From a virus, in IMG/VR virus record IMGVR_UViG_3300008262_000024, positions 28,843-92,842 of that record: a stretch of DNA of 64,000 nucleotides. One strand, 5' to 3'. Within the stretch, counting starts at the first letter, position 1, and every line of letters begins with the position of its first letter. The position numbers and the translations under genes are program-made. The notes beneath the pieces were generated by a model that worked only from the letters and a program-made list of their open reading frames with translations, ran no database searches and had not been told where the DNA came from. Shown piece after piece: positions 12,801-24,300 of the stretch.

Positions 12801-13233
12801 CTTCATTAGCATAATCTTCCCATTCTTGTACACTATTAACCCAAACATTATCTAATGACTCTCCTAATGATTCATTAGTAAATGCAGCCATAGTTAGACC
12901 ACCAACATATCCTGGCATTTTTGCAATCTCACTTACAAATTTATTTACAGTTCTTAAAGCACCTGCTCCAAGTTTTTCAGGAACACTTTGAAAATATTCT
13001 TGTTCAAATTCAACTTGTTCAGGTGTTCTAAAAAATACAGCTTCTTTATTATCAATATCAAAAGTAAAATCTTCTGAAAACCAAGATTTACCTGAATCAA
13101 CTATGTTTTGATAATCTTCAATAGAAACACCAGGAGCATTTCTTATTGGAATATAATTTTGTTGTTGTTCTTCTAAAACTGGTGCTTTAGGTGTATAAGA
13201 TTGTATTAACGACTTTATATCTTCTGTTGGCAT
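6877..13233 (-). CDS. Giant virion cargo/ejection protein (2118 aa)
   Basis: Lies between the cargo genes and the vRNAP, as in Crassvirales. Has N-terminal Gly/Ala-rich hydrophobic segments (GIGFLASMLVPG, IALGGILGGGMSIVG) and long coiled coils. Confidence 0.75.
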   Translation of the reverse strand: MPTEDIKSLIQSYTPKAPVLEEQQQNYIPIRNAPGVSIEDYQNIVDSGKSWFSEDFTFDIDNKEAVFFRTPEQVEFEQEYFQSVPEKLGAGALRTVNKFVSEIAKMPGYVGGLTMAAFTNESLGESLDNVWVNSVQEWEDYANEELLKVYIPESVKKGGLLDNLFSASFWATEGADGIGFLASMLVPGNALKLLKLGQRGVNLYNAGNAYLRTVKGLSKGLTKTGALRYAAQAEKLGMRAARNFNDFTAATVNATLEASAEAKESFDNTLDAVVSNYMEANNIEDASQIDENTMMGLREQAGGVAADVFKFNMAILLVPNLMDQRALFGAFGSRKSALSKMFNEQGVLQDFSAKTLKQKYLGYLGKAAVGLGKEGFFEEGLQFSGAEYFKDQAMLSEDEQDKTYYQKLGGLIDSYVENLGTTDMRKAIALGGILGGGMSIVGQIKDDRYQSKYGSILHAQLKNNLIDRMKGVADIFEKDDNGKIIIEKGTPKINQEKFQQLLSQPENKIMLNKLADIAALSGDKEDYSLIQSILDYNYFQPFFEQGQEGIQILKNHITSELSKSELEKQDVEELLGLTGSTTQAQRMSNLLQRVDEYYELYDSVDNRHEFDMPTLQGGSKSDRAAFSQLIRNKKLEKVVLNSELKKVTNSLNQQIFNIVSKNLVDKEDPTTPVELSESDKKELELLYGKEKQYKEQLKDLLEDEKALYSKEAIQEEYNKYLADKTNKEISKQESEITDKQVTDKFAKDLADAGYKMDIEHTLDPEVKAKLSPEELQKFKGDDRFFYFELNGKEYEAYSERDVTTGKLKRLYRDSFTKEVKGEFTIDFLKKNKGVRIINKQEAFLKRKLERIRRSKVAKLRAFEVVYDKLWTSLSENKGMLQDAVNKRVQIKNEIEIYQNWIKEITNEFGRANNGKAQEKKQLQAEIKRLEGLLEEIDNQITDLNSIYDSLTQQLDLLYRIKEDFEINKQDGKFKTEQDNILFDEFTRSILNEINKELESLIEEERQLNENLQKAEQAVAKAEQELNNALDLRTELQIILEDLNRVKDINEIIQALLTADFVSDTNKDGSPNKLKLIAARYKPLKLIFSSIEKLRNNVITDEEYIKIIQITNNLLTDQYLGFGVEGLSQLTSDIKSAAKNANQIPLSVETQFYVDNHYFYPDRMIDKIVSHRQRLLESATKYYFDLSEQQIAQMGPREIRLLEITQKENDLKTLMNDLFIQYKNKLNRTPGQPINYNNQAPTGQAPTVYEEEEVGGKPDFSGFLSNYIFRSIALDLAYDDKTKKTSYPDNNEGLPELNENDENYRRLSTFIKNNPDLAKKYNVRFFIGRTDQDGNVTVSLGGGQTSSELLNLYKAIPEGEEGRKPGDLSIGFYLEDEKGNPATETYANQTKLVVGFIPKSITSKSGALRINNAAAVSLITNGFNIRKDVKFINNYEVKEKDGVYTFAAKNYGKDVDVTVTIKDGKAIIETRYDAFIAGTSALEISESDAEIVADYLKDGSNYAMSKAGKKIVSLLMNSKIKYQSNIVLNSEKTNNIENSGVYELYGEITIDELIAKAKEIIAGDKGLYQEQVINTIVNHVETENKKAYSGISLVTGGVPIIQYETDENGKPMFNKPVQRKITKALPVKVTEKGILEGGDIEVVDYTTQTSYTPGKVILKMDKTNEVVPLTQRTLTPDEILTALYIMSTADEGNVKAPDFGDKKFMRIKKSSSSDEMQAIGSYLMLPFNSESNVSAITSLLYWGRQLDKNYIDQQGKEIPIASDKVSEIFYHNGEIHFKKKLEDGKWIQTSLDILTLKKALASTDPLQNPLIGDLVTYLADKRLNVNKQLLGENTPNLYFHPQVKRTADGKYEMSYKSYPSYRSFLVDSVLRTSLPSKDNFPKFANKMIVFKRVSEGNTIKVQLNENFTKPSDKPENKKVVVSKKKETKTETDTSELNLSDEDKIKAKLKAQKEKLKAKLKASLSEETPVSKEEEVADEIESDSTATVSDRKKQLNEIKNLVASTDDLTSKMDDIFNVLDEAKYESWQNTLNQTELEKDLKDKLSKAKSETEVANIVSKYLLSKFINAELAALEGKPTETKEGETKLQKFRRRGVSGLSAPSTKAEKAMMQQQAKNCKTK

Positions 13234-13247
13234 TTTAATTAAATTTA

Positions 13248-15332
13248 TTATCTTGAATATAATCCTATACCTAATATATTTTCTACATCTCCATATGATA
13301 ATATATAAGTGCTTTTATCATTAGGATTAGGTTCAAATTTATCTGCTATAAATCCTATTTTACCATCGTCACCTGCATAACCTTGACCCATTACAAACAA
13401 ATCAGGTATTGGTTTACCTGTATTGTCTACTGCATTAGCAATATAATGATAACCTATCTTTATAGGTGTAGTTATAGCTTTACCTTCATTTGCAAAACCT
13501 CTAAGTCTTGTTAATCCTTCAGAGTATTCAATATTAGCAAGCATACTTGATTCATTTAAAAACTCTTCTGTATTTCCTTTATTAGCAGATTTTGTCATGT
13601 CATCTTTAATACTAGTTTTAGTCATTGTTTTTATTTCTCTACTAGTAGCATCATTAATATTAACTATATGAGTACTAATCTCTTTTCCTTTATCATCTTT
13701 TAATATAATTTGATAAGACATTTGATCAGTAATTGGATTTTTAACTAAAGTTATTGAAGATTGTTCTTTATTAGCTTCTGGATTATCTTTTAATATTTGA
13801 TCAAAACCAATATTATTACTTGTACGAGCATTTAATGTTCTATTAAATAATCCTTCTTTAACTGCTTTAGATGTTTGATTTAAATTTGATCCTGGATTAA
13901 TATCAACTATAGTTTGCATTTCTTGAGTAATTGTACCAGATTGTGCAAGTTCTCTTGCTTTAGGTTCATAATAACTATATTTTATTTTACCTAAAGAATG
14001 CATTTGAATGTTATTAACCATTTGTTTAGGATCTGTAGGTGAAATTACAGTTTTACCCCAAGGTGTATATCCTGTAATTTTCTTTTCATCTTTCATATAT
14101 TTAACAAATTCTGATTTAGATAATGGTTTTAAACCATTTTTACCAACAGCTTGTTGCATTTTAGGTAAATATAATGCATTGTTTGCAAGCATAGTGTTAA
14201 ATTCTTTTATATATTCTTGATAATATTTATCAATATATTCAGGCTTGTTTACTGCAGAATGAATTAAATCTATATTTGTTTGTAATGAATTTAAATTATT
14301 TCTTAATTGATCTATTTCTTGTTGTTTCTTTTGTATTTGATAACTATTAAGTTTACCTCTTGTTTCAGGATTTTCAAGTTCTTTTTGTAAAGCAGCTATT
14401 TGATTTTTTGTATTAATTATACTTTGTTTAGCAGAATCATAGTTAATATTAACAGGAGTAGTTTGACCAGTAAATGTTAACAATTGTGATTGTTCTTTTA
14501 ACCTTTGTTCTTGCTCTCTACCCCATTGTGGATTTTCTCTTAATGACTTTGAAGTTTGTGTAAATATTCTTTCATTAATAACTGATTCAACTAAATTATC
14601 AAATGTTGAATTTCTTTTATATCCCATTTTTTCATCCCAATCACCTAAATCATTTAAATAACCTGAATAACTAGAATAAATTGTTGGTAAAACTCTTCTA
14701 ATTAAAGGTTCTAGTTTTTCTCTTGTAATATATCTACCTTCACTATCTACATAAAACTGACCAGTTATACTAGTACTACCATGTGCATCTGCAACAACAT
14801 TATCAACAGCATTTTCAAAATCTGTTCTCATTTTTGTAGAAATTTCTCTAGCATCATATCCTGCACGTTGATTATATGGTCTAAGTGCTCCTGTAGTTGG
14901 ATCATATGTAGAATACATAGGATCTGCTTTTAAACCTAATTCAGGTGCTCCTTTTTCCATTAAAGATGTTAAACTTTTCATAACTTCTTTATGAGGTTCA
15001 ACAGCTGCTGTCATAGTTTGTATTCTTTTATCTTGAGCAATATTTCTAAGTACTTTAGAAAATTCTCTAGATGCAGTATTGAAGTCACCTGTTTGTCTTA
15101 TATAATCTGTAATTTGATATAATTGATCATTATATTCATTTTGAACATGTTTCTTACCTGGCATATCACCAGGATTAACTTCAAAGTTTAAAAGTTTATT
15201 AGCAGCATCACCTTGTGCTAAAGCTGCATCATAACCTTTTTGTTTTTGTTCAGCAACTCCTTGTAAGAATTCCCAAGGCATATCTACTTGAGTAGATACA
15301 TATTCTCTTAATCTAGGTTTATAAAATCTCAT
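13248..15332 (-). CDS. Virion cargo/ejection protein (694 aa)
   Basis: N-terminus RFYKPRLREYVSTQVDMPWEFL resembles the crAss-like cargo protein start; syntenic position after cargo protein 1. Confidence 0.65.
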   Translation of the reverse strand: MRFYKPRLREYVSTQVDMPWEFLQGVAEQKQKGYDAALAQGDAANKLLNFEVNPGDMPGKKHVQNEYNDQLYQITDYIRQTGDFNTASREFSKVLRNIAQDKRIQTMTAAVEPHKEVMKSLTSLMEKGAPELGLKADPMYSTYDPTTGALRPYNQRAGYDAREISTKMRTDFENAVDNVVADAHGSTSITGQFYVDSEGRYITREKLEPLIRRVLPTIYSSYSGYLNDLGDWDEKMGYKRNSTFDNLVESVINERIFTQTSKSLRENPQWGREQEQRLKEQSQLLTFTGQTTPVNINYDSAKQSIINTKNQIAALQKELENPETRGKLNSYQIQKKQQEIDQLRNNLNSLQTNIDLIHSAVNKPEYIDKYYQEYIKEFNTMLANNALYLPKMQQAVGKNGLKPLSKSEFVKYMKDEKKITGYTPWGKTVISPTDPKQMVNNIQMHSLGKIKYSYYEPKARELAQSGTITQEMQTIVDINPGSNLNQTSKAVKEGLFNRTLNARTSNNIGFDQILKDNPEANKEQSSITLVKNPITDQMSYQIILKDDKGKEISTHIVNINDATSREIKTMTKTSIKDDMTKSANKGNTEEFLNESSMLANIEYSEGLTRLRGFANEGKAITTPIKIGYHYIANAVDNTGKPIPDLFVMGQGYAGDDGKIGFIADKFEPNPNDKSTYILSYGDVENILGIGLYSR

Positions 15333-15349
15333 ATCTTATTTTTATTTAA

Positions 15350-18300
15350 CTATTTATTCCACATATTTATTCTACCTTCTGAAGTATTTTTATAAACATC
15401 AGGAGTTCCTTTTCTTTTCCAATAATCAGAAAGTATATCTTGTTTAGCTTTATCTATTTTTTGTACAAAAGCAGGATCATTCATTAATGCTTTTATTTCA
15501 GCTTCTTTCTCTTTAAATAATTTTTCATCTGTTGCTTTAGTTTGTACATCATTTAAAGTAGTAAATCCTGCAGCTAAAAGTAAAACATCTTCTATGTTTC
15601 TTCCAGTATTATATTTATAATCAACTAATCTTTTTTGAACATCAACAGGATAATCTTTTACTTGTGGTAAATATTCTTTAGTTATAAATTCAGTAGCTTC
15701 ATCTTTATCAATTTTATTATCTTTCCACATTTCAGGATATTTCTTAGACCATTTTTCTTTTTTTATACCATAATTTTCAAGACCTGTACCACCTGCTGAT
15801 CCTTTAGTAGATTCATAATCTAAAATTTGATTTATCCATTCATTATTATTTACTTTATCAGCAGGAGTAACATTAGCAGATGGTACATTAGCATTAGCAG
15901 CTGGTGTATTAGCACCTGTATTTGCTGCAGGTGCATTTTGTTTATAAGGATCATTGTAAGGTGTTGGTGTAAAAGTACCTCCTTCAGTATTTGGTACAAA
16001 TTTAAAACCTCCTTGTCCATCTGGAACTAATTTAAAATTACCAGTACCAATATTATTAGCAATAGTTTTATTTACTTGATTAATTCTATAATCTCTAATC
16101 ATATTAGCAGTAGAAGAACCTACACCACTAAGACCTTCTGTTACATTAGTTCTAGCAGCATCTTTTTCTTGCTGTCTATCAATTTGCTCTTGCATTGCTA
16201 TTTGAGCATTTTGTGCATTAACTTGATTTTGCATTTGAGTATTAGCTACATCAGCTTCATACTGTATACCTGCAGTTTGAGCACCTCTTTGATTAGCTGC
16301 TTGTAATCCTAATCCTCTCATATTAGACATATAACTTCCTGATGTAGGAGCACTTTGTCTTAAATTATAACCAGCTAAATCTTGAGCTTGTCTAGATTGT
16401 TTATTAGCTAATATTATTGCTCTATAAGGATCTATTTTATCAGCTTTAATTCTTTCATAATTAACATCATCAGGTCCTTTTAATCCATAGTATAATTGAC
16501 TTAATGGACCTGCAGCTTGTGCTGCCATTGATGCATAATCTAATCCTGTAAGACCTTGATTAGGTTGATTAGGTTGATTAACTTTAGGAATAGATGCTCC
16601 TTCAGGTCTCCAACCTTCTTCATATTGACTAATCATATTTGGATTAATACTTACAGGATCACCATCTAAATTAACACCTTCATATCCCCAATCTAGCATA
16701 GAAGTTGAACCTGTTAAAGGTTGTCCAAGTTCTGAAGGTATATTTTTATTAACAGGTGCATCAATGTTTTCAGTAATAGGTTCTGCAGATGAATTATTTA
16801 TAATATTACCGCTTTTATCAAATTCAAAAGTTTCTAAATCTATAGATTCAGGACCTGCTTTTTTATTTGCACTTACCATAGGTGGTATAAATCCTGAAGT
16901 ATTAGAAGTATTAGAAGTATTAGATACACGTGATGGTGAATATGGTCCAGGTATTTGTTCTACTGGTCTTAAATGTTCTGGTAAAAATGGACTAGGTTGA
17001 TTAATAGGATTTATATTAGGCTGTTGGTTGTTAGTTGTACTTCTATTACCAATTCTAAATCCTCTTTGTTTTAAATAATCTCTAGCACTTAAATAACTTC
17101 TAATTGTATTTAAAAAATTATTCATTGGATTAGGATTTGTATTTTTTTGTCTATCTAAAATACTAGTTGCATTACCTTGAGCATCTATTACATTAGGTGT
17201 ATCCAAATTAGTTAAATAATTATTTATATTATTATATTCTGAAGCATCCATATCTGCCATTCCTGGTAAATCATATGGAGGTCCACCATTAGAATACATA
17301 TTACCACCTTGTGCCATCATCATTCCACCTCTGTTTTGTGCAGCTACTTGAAATGGTTGTGCAACATTAGATACCATTGGACCACCATGTGCATGTTTCC
17401 AACTAGCAGCATTTCTAGCAAAGTTAGCTTTCTTAACCATTGCTGAAGAATAATTTTCTTTATTAGCTAATACTTGTCTTGCAAACTCTTGTACAGATTT
17501 ACCATGTTTAGTGGCTGCTGCAGTAAATGTACCTCTTTTAGATTCTTTAATATGTATACCACCGCCTTCACCATATTGATTAACATAAGCATCAGCTTCT
17601 TGTGGTGACATGTGAGATTCAACTCTTGCTCTTAAAATTTCTTTAGGTAGTTTACCACCTTTGGAATATCCTGGCATATTAAGTCCTTTATATTTTTTAG
17701 GATTAATATATCCACCATAAGCGGCAGCATATTCTTCCTCAACTATTTTTGTAATATCTTTATTTAGTTTACCACCTGCAGCTGCATATTGTAAAGCACC
17801 ATTAACCATAGCTTGTCTTTGTTCTTCTTTAGCCTTAGCTTCAGCTCTAGCAAGTTCTGTTTCTTTAATAGCTCTCTGCTTAATTTGCTCAATAGTTTCT
17901 TCAACTAAAGGATCCATTGGTCTTCTAAGGTTATCTTTATATTTAGATAAATCTCTTAATGTATATTTATCTAATCTTTTTTTAAGATTTTCAGCCATAG
18001 TTCTACCAAACTCATCTGTTTGAGTATTTTGACCATTTACTTCATCTGAAACTACATAACTATCATCAAGAACATATTCTCCACCTTCTGCCATAGCATT
18101 AGGTCCAATAGGTACTCCACCATATGCATTTTCATGATGTAATCCTGATGATTTAGGAATAAGGTTTATTCCATATTTTTCTAAAGTAGTTCCACCTTTA
18201 GAATATCTTGTTCTGTAGTTTTTGTATTTATCTCTCATAGAGTTTTGCAAATTTAATGAATTATTATTTATATTACCACCAGTAGCTGCAAATGATAATC

Positions 18301-21300
18301 CTTGATTTAACATTTGATCAGGATACATTGCAGGATTTTGAAAATTATTTATACTTGAATCTACTGATGGTGTTGTACTTGGCATACCTTGTGAAGGATT
18401 TACAAATCTAGAACCTATTCCTACTAATTGTCCAGCAGCATTTAATTCTTTAGAACCAAATTCAGAACCTAAAGTTCCTAACACTTGACCTGCACCACTA
18501 ACAATTTGTTGAGGATTACCACTTATTATACCAGAAGTTAAATTACCTGCACTAGATGCTATTTGACCTGTTTTATTTGCCCACTTATCAGCACCTCTTT
18601 GATATTCTTGACTATGTCCTAAATTTTTAGTAACTCCTTGTATAGCACCTTTACCCATTCCATATGCAGGACCTAAAAATATTGAACCTGCAACATCAGT
18701 TCCTAAACCTGCAACTCCTTCCATTACAGCAGCTGCATTTGCAAATCCTTTATTATTATAATTAAAATTAACAAAGTTATTACCACTTATTTGTTCAAAT
18801 GGACTAGCTATAAAGTTTAACCCTAATTTACCAATATCTTCTAATACACCACCTCTCTTATATTGCATTGGTACACCTGCATAGTACATATATGGATTCA
18901 TATAACCTCCTTGTGATTGTTGTTCAGGTTGAAGGTTTTGTTTCATTGTTGTTCCTATTACAACACCTGTTGTTCCTGCAAATCCTATTTTATTTAATGA
19001 TTTTCTTATTTTAGATATATCAAAATCATTTACACTTTGAACATATGGATGTTTTTGATTTATTAAATATTGTAATGCATTTTTAATATCTTCATCATCT
19101 TTTGGATAATATACTCTACTACCATCTTTATCATTAAGTATCATTCTTAATTCATTTTGAACAGCTTCAGCTTCATAATGAGCTGCATCATGATTTTTAT
19201 AAACATATGTACCATCTTGGTTTTTTAAACCTTTAGACCAAGCATCATCAAGTATTTTTCTTTCATGAACTGTAGGTAAAGTAGATAGATCTCTTAGAGT
19301 TCTACTATGAGCTGTTTCATGTATTCCAGTAAGATAAGTATCTTCAGGACTTAAATGTGGATCAATTACTATAATATCATCCTTATCCCCAATGTCTCTA
19401 ATACCATATTTACCTTGTGATATATTTCCAGATTTATCTTCTAAATAAAGTCTAGGATTATCTGCAACTTGTTTAAATGGATCTGGTTCTTTTGCATTTT
19501 CAAAATCTCTAAATCTATTAAACGGTTCAACAAGTTCAGGATCATTTGCAAATCTTGCTTTTTGATTACTTAAATTAAATTCATTATTAGTTCTAAATAA
19601 TGAAAGTTTTTTTCTATTATATGGGGATTGTGAAAATGTAGCAGCGTCTTCATTAGCTTGCCATAAAGCAAAATTTCTTTTATCTGCTAATGAAGGTTTT
19701 TGTAATGGATTAATAGGAATATTTGGATTTACTGAAAAATTATTTTTAAAATAGTTTCTATATCCTGTTTTAGCAGTATTTAATCCCATACCTAAACCAC
19801 CAATTACTCCTGGTGATCCTGATAAAAATAAACCTGTTTCTAAACCTCTAGCAAGTTTTTCATCCCAAGGTGCATTAGAACTATAATATCCACTATTTAT
19901 ATCTGATCCTAACATATTTGCACCAGAAATTCCTCCTGTTAATCCTAATATATTATTTCCAGTTAACCACGGTATAGTTCTTCCACCTACTACTGCAGGT
20001 AGTTGTAATGTTGAAGCTACTGCAGGAACAGTTTTAGATGCTATAGCTCCAGCAACTGGTGCAAATAATGCAGCTTCAATTGGACCCATTGTAGGTTCTG
20101 CTCTACCTGATGCTGGTGGTTGATAATTAGGATTTTGTATCCAACCAGTTTCTGAAGGAATAAATCTTGGTGCAGTTGGACCAACAATATCTGGATTATA
20201 TAAACCAGTATCTTCAATATATTCAAGTTCAGGAAGTGTTCTTTGTAACATTTCATCACCTGGCATCATGTAGTATTCATTATTTTCACTACCTACATAA
20301 TTTATCATTTTATTTTGTTTAGGATCCCAAAATTTTTTACGATATAATGTTACAGAATTATTTTTATTACCATCTTTATTATTACCACCTGTTGGTCCAC
20401 CACCATCATACATATATCCACCTGTAGCTTTTTGATTATTTTTAATCCAACCTTTTTCAGTATCTGCACCAGGATACATATCTTTATACATATTATATTG
20501 ATTCCAATCAATTGCTCTCCAACCTTGACCATCATCCATGTATAATTCAGGTGTTCCTCTATCTACACCATCTATAGTACCTTTCTTTAAACTTGGAGAC
20601 ATTTCTCTAAGTAATACTTTAGATGGAAATTTAAGTTGAATAGGACTTAATTTTAAAGGTTCTTCTTTAGATTCAAATCCTTTAAATGGTATAGATTGTA
20701 AGTTTGGTATTTCATCTAAAGTTGCTAATTTAATAGCAGGTTCATCCCAATAAGGAATAGGATATGTATATTGATCTGGATCATTTACAATTGATTCTGG
20801 ATAATATTCACCTCTTTTAAGATGCCAGTTTATATCATGTTCTTTATCAATACCATATGTTTCTACATCAGTAATTTGTTCTATCCAATGATTAGTTTCA
20901 TCTTTTCTATTTGTTATATATGTAGGATGATTTCTTCTATGAGTAACCATATCTAACAATTCTTCTTTTGTTAAATTTGGATAATATTTTTGTAATTCTA
21001 TAAGATTAGTATCATCTTCTATTTCTTTTGTAAAATTTTTTTTCCAAGGAGCTTTAGGTAAATATGTAGTAGCATATGCATTATCTAAAGGTTCAGCTTC
21101 CCAAGAAGTTTGATTATGATATTTTGAAGGTTTATATTTTTTAAATAAATTATTATAATTCCATGGATTATCTAAATCATCATAACGATACTGTGACCAA
21201 TTACTTGTTTCTCCATAATGATGTTCTGGTATTTCTGTAGTATAACTATAAGTTACTGGTGATCCATATGCACCTGTTATTGGATCTTCTGTTAAATTTG

Positions 21301-24300
21301 GATAACTACCATCATCTAAAGGTGATGCATAATAATTAGGAACTTTAACATTGATTGAATTATTCCATTCATCATCTGATATAGTACCTAATTTATCTAC
21401 ATTTGAAAAAATATTGTAAAAATTTTCATCTGAATTTAATAAATATTCTTTTTGATAATATGGTAATTTACTAAATTGATTCAATCTTAATCTTACTAAA
21501 TAATCTTTATATTCAGGACTATCACGTTTATAGTATCTTTTAGGTGGATCATCATCACCACCAAGTAATCCACCATTAGCTGCATATAACATATCTTGAG
21601 ATTTTGTTTGATTACTTACAAAACTATCATTTAGAAATTTTAATTTTTCAGCATCACCTTTTATAAGTTCATATATATCTTTAATGTTAGAATCCAAATT
21701 TTCATCATCAAGATTTTTATTAATTATACTTCTTAATTCTTTAGGACTATAATCTTTAGTAGGATCAATATTATTTAATTGTCTCCATACACTTAATCTA
21801 GCCCTGATTTCTTCATCTTGAGTTAAAGCATCTTTACCACTTAACCATTTTTTATTATTTTTAAATTCTTCAGGAAAACCACTGCTTATATTTAAAAATT
21901 CTTGAGGTGCTTTATTACTTAACCAATGATCATTTTCATGTGTTATTAAAGTATTTATATCTCCATAATATCTATTGTTAAGATCAGTGTCACTATAATC
22001 AATAGTATTTTTAGAAGGAGTATATAATCCTTCAGTTGTCATTTGATTAGAAGGTAATATATTTACTTTAGGATATTGATTTGGAGAGTTTAATAAATTT
22101 AATCTACTATTAGCAACATCTGTAAACTTAGGATTTTTTGCTCTACCTTCATACCACTTTTTAAAATAATCATATGTAGTTTTAGACGATTTATCTTTAT
22201 CTCCACCATCTGAATAAATATAACCACCTGTAGCCTTTGGTTTATCATACAAGTTTCCTCCTGGATCTGGAGCTTCTAAATCTTTAAGAAGATATTGATC
22301 ACTTAATTTTTTAAATTCTAATTCAGGTACTATTTGCTGTTCTTGACCAGAAATCCATACTCTATACATAGGATCTTCATAAGGAGATCTTCTGTATTTC
22401 TCATATGTACCTTCAAAAAAGTTATCTAAATTTGGTTTTCCAAAATCAACATTAGGAGGAGTTGCAATAATACCTGGTCCAACTTCTTCACCTTTATAAG
22501 GTTTTGAAGGTAATAATTCTATTTCTGGTTTTCCTAATATTGGTTTAATTTCTGGTTTTTTAAATATAGGCATTACAGCAGCTCCTTTTACTTTACTAAA
22601 ATGATTACTATCATAAGCAATTTGAAAAGGTTTAATACCATTCTTACCATGCCAATACTCCATTAATGGATCATCTCCTCTAATCATTTCGGGAGCACCT
22701 TCATATTTTTCAAACTCAAACTCTTCTCCAAAATCTTTATATTCTTTTAATTTATTATTTGATACATTATATAAACTTAAACTATCATTATAAGCTCTTT
22801 CAGCTTTTTTAAATTCTGAAGGATTAGTGTATACTCTAGTTTTATTTTTATTTTTTTTATTTTTATCTTTATCACCATCTACATAACCACCTTGAGCAGC
22901 ATATTGCATAGGTGTTTGTGTTTGATTACTAGCAAGTGTATTTAAGTATTTAGATATTTCATCATCAGTATAATATTTAAATAAATGATTTTTATATCCT
23001 GATTCTTTAATTTGTTTTAATCTTTCTGGAGTAATTATTTCACCTGGTTGAAAATTATTATCAAATCTCATTTGCATTAAGAAAGGATACATTTCACCTC
23101 TATTAAAATCTTTATCTAATCTATCTTGAGAAGGTGTTAAAAATTTACCTTTAAATGTTCTATCAAAAGTTTCATTATCATATAAACCTGTTTTATGCAT
23201 TAACTCATGAACAGATACTGATTCTGGACCATATTGATCATTAGCTGCATTTGTAATTACAATTCTACCTTGTTCATCAGTAAATCCTTGAGGATTTTTA
23301 CTCATGGTTTTTTTAAAAAATTTATCATACTCAGGATCATTATAACTAGCTCTATATAAATCAAGTAATTGTGAATTATTTTCTGGATTTGTATTATATA
23401 AAAATTTAGTATCGTAGATATCACTTATAACACCAGGTATTGCTTTATTTATACTTTTTAAATTAGACTCAGCTGCTCTTTGTTTAGCTTCTTTATTTCC
23501 ATAAATTTTTTTACTTAATTTTGAAGCATGGTCTGGAAAATTTTTATTTAATCTATTAGCAAATTCAGGATCTTGAACCCAAGAACTTACCCAATCTTGA
23601 GCAGGTTTAGCAACAGTAACTCCTTGATTTAAAGTAGATTTAAAAGGATCATCTTTACCATCTGTTGGTCCACCTTGAGCTAATGAAACACCTTTATAAA
23701 AATTTGCAAGATCAAAATTTTGTCTATCATATTCTTGTCTACTAGGATAAGTTTGATAATATTCTTCAGGAGTCATTCCTTGATTATTTATAAAACCTTC
23801 TCTCCATCTCATGTAACTATCGTACTCAGAATCTAAAATATCTTTATTTACTCCTGGCATATAAGGATTATCAGTAGGATAAATAATATTATCATCTAAT
23901 AATACTGGAGGTTGTACTAATGATTTGGTAGGTCCACCATGAGCATAAGGAATTCCTGTAGCTTTTTTATATCCTATTGATGATATATAATCAGCATATT
24001 GATTAGGTACTTTTATTGCTTCATTACCAGGATTCATTATAGTAGGATACATATAAGCTTGTCCTGTTTCATCTTCTCCCCATGCCATTAAATGAGAATT
24101 TTTTTGTCCAAATTCATTAACATCTGGTTGTACAAACATATTTGATTCTGGATATTCACCAACAGCATAAGCTCTTTGCACAAAATCTTTATCTCTGTTT
24201 CTGTTCATAATAATTTTAGAAATTAAATCTCCTTCTAAAGTATTAACAGGTCCACCATCAGAATATTGCTTAGCTTTAATTTTCCTTTCTTGCCTAAGCA

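Noticed and set aside
16555-16925. Short 9 bp tandem repeats (NQP x3 near 16556-16580; SNT x3 near 16896-16922) as a CRISPR array or contingency locus
   Set aside because: They are in-frame low-complexity linker expansions without spacers.
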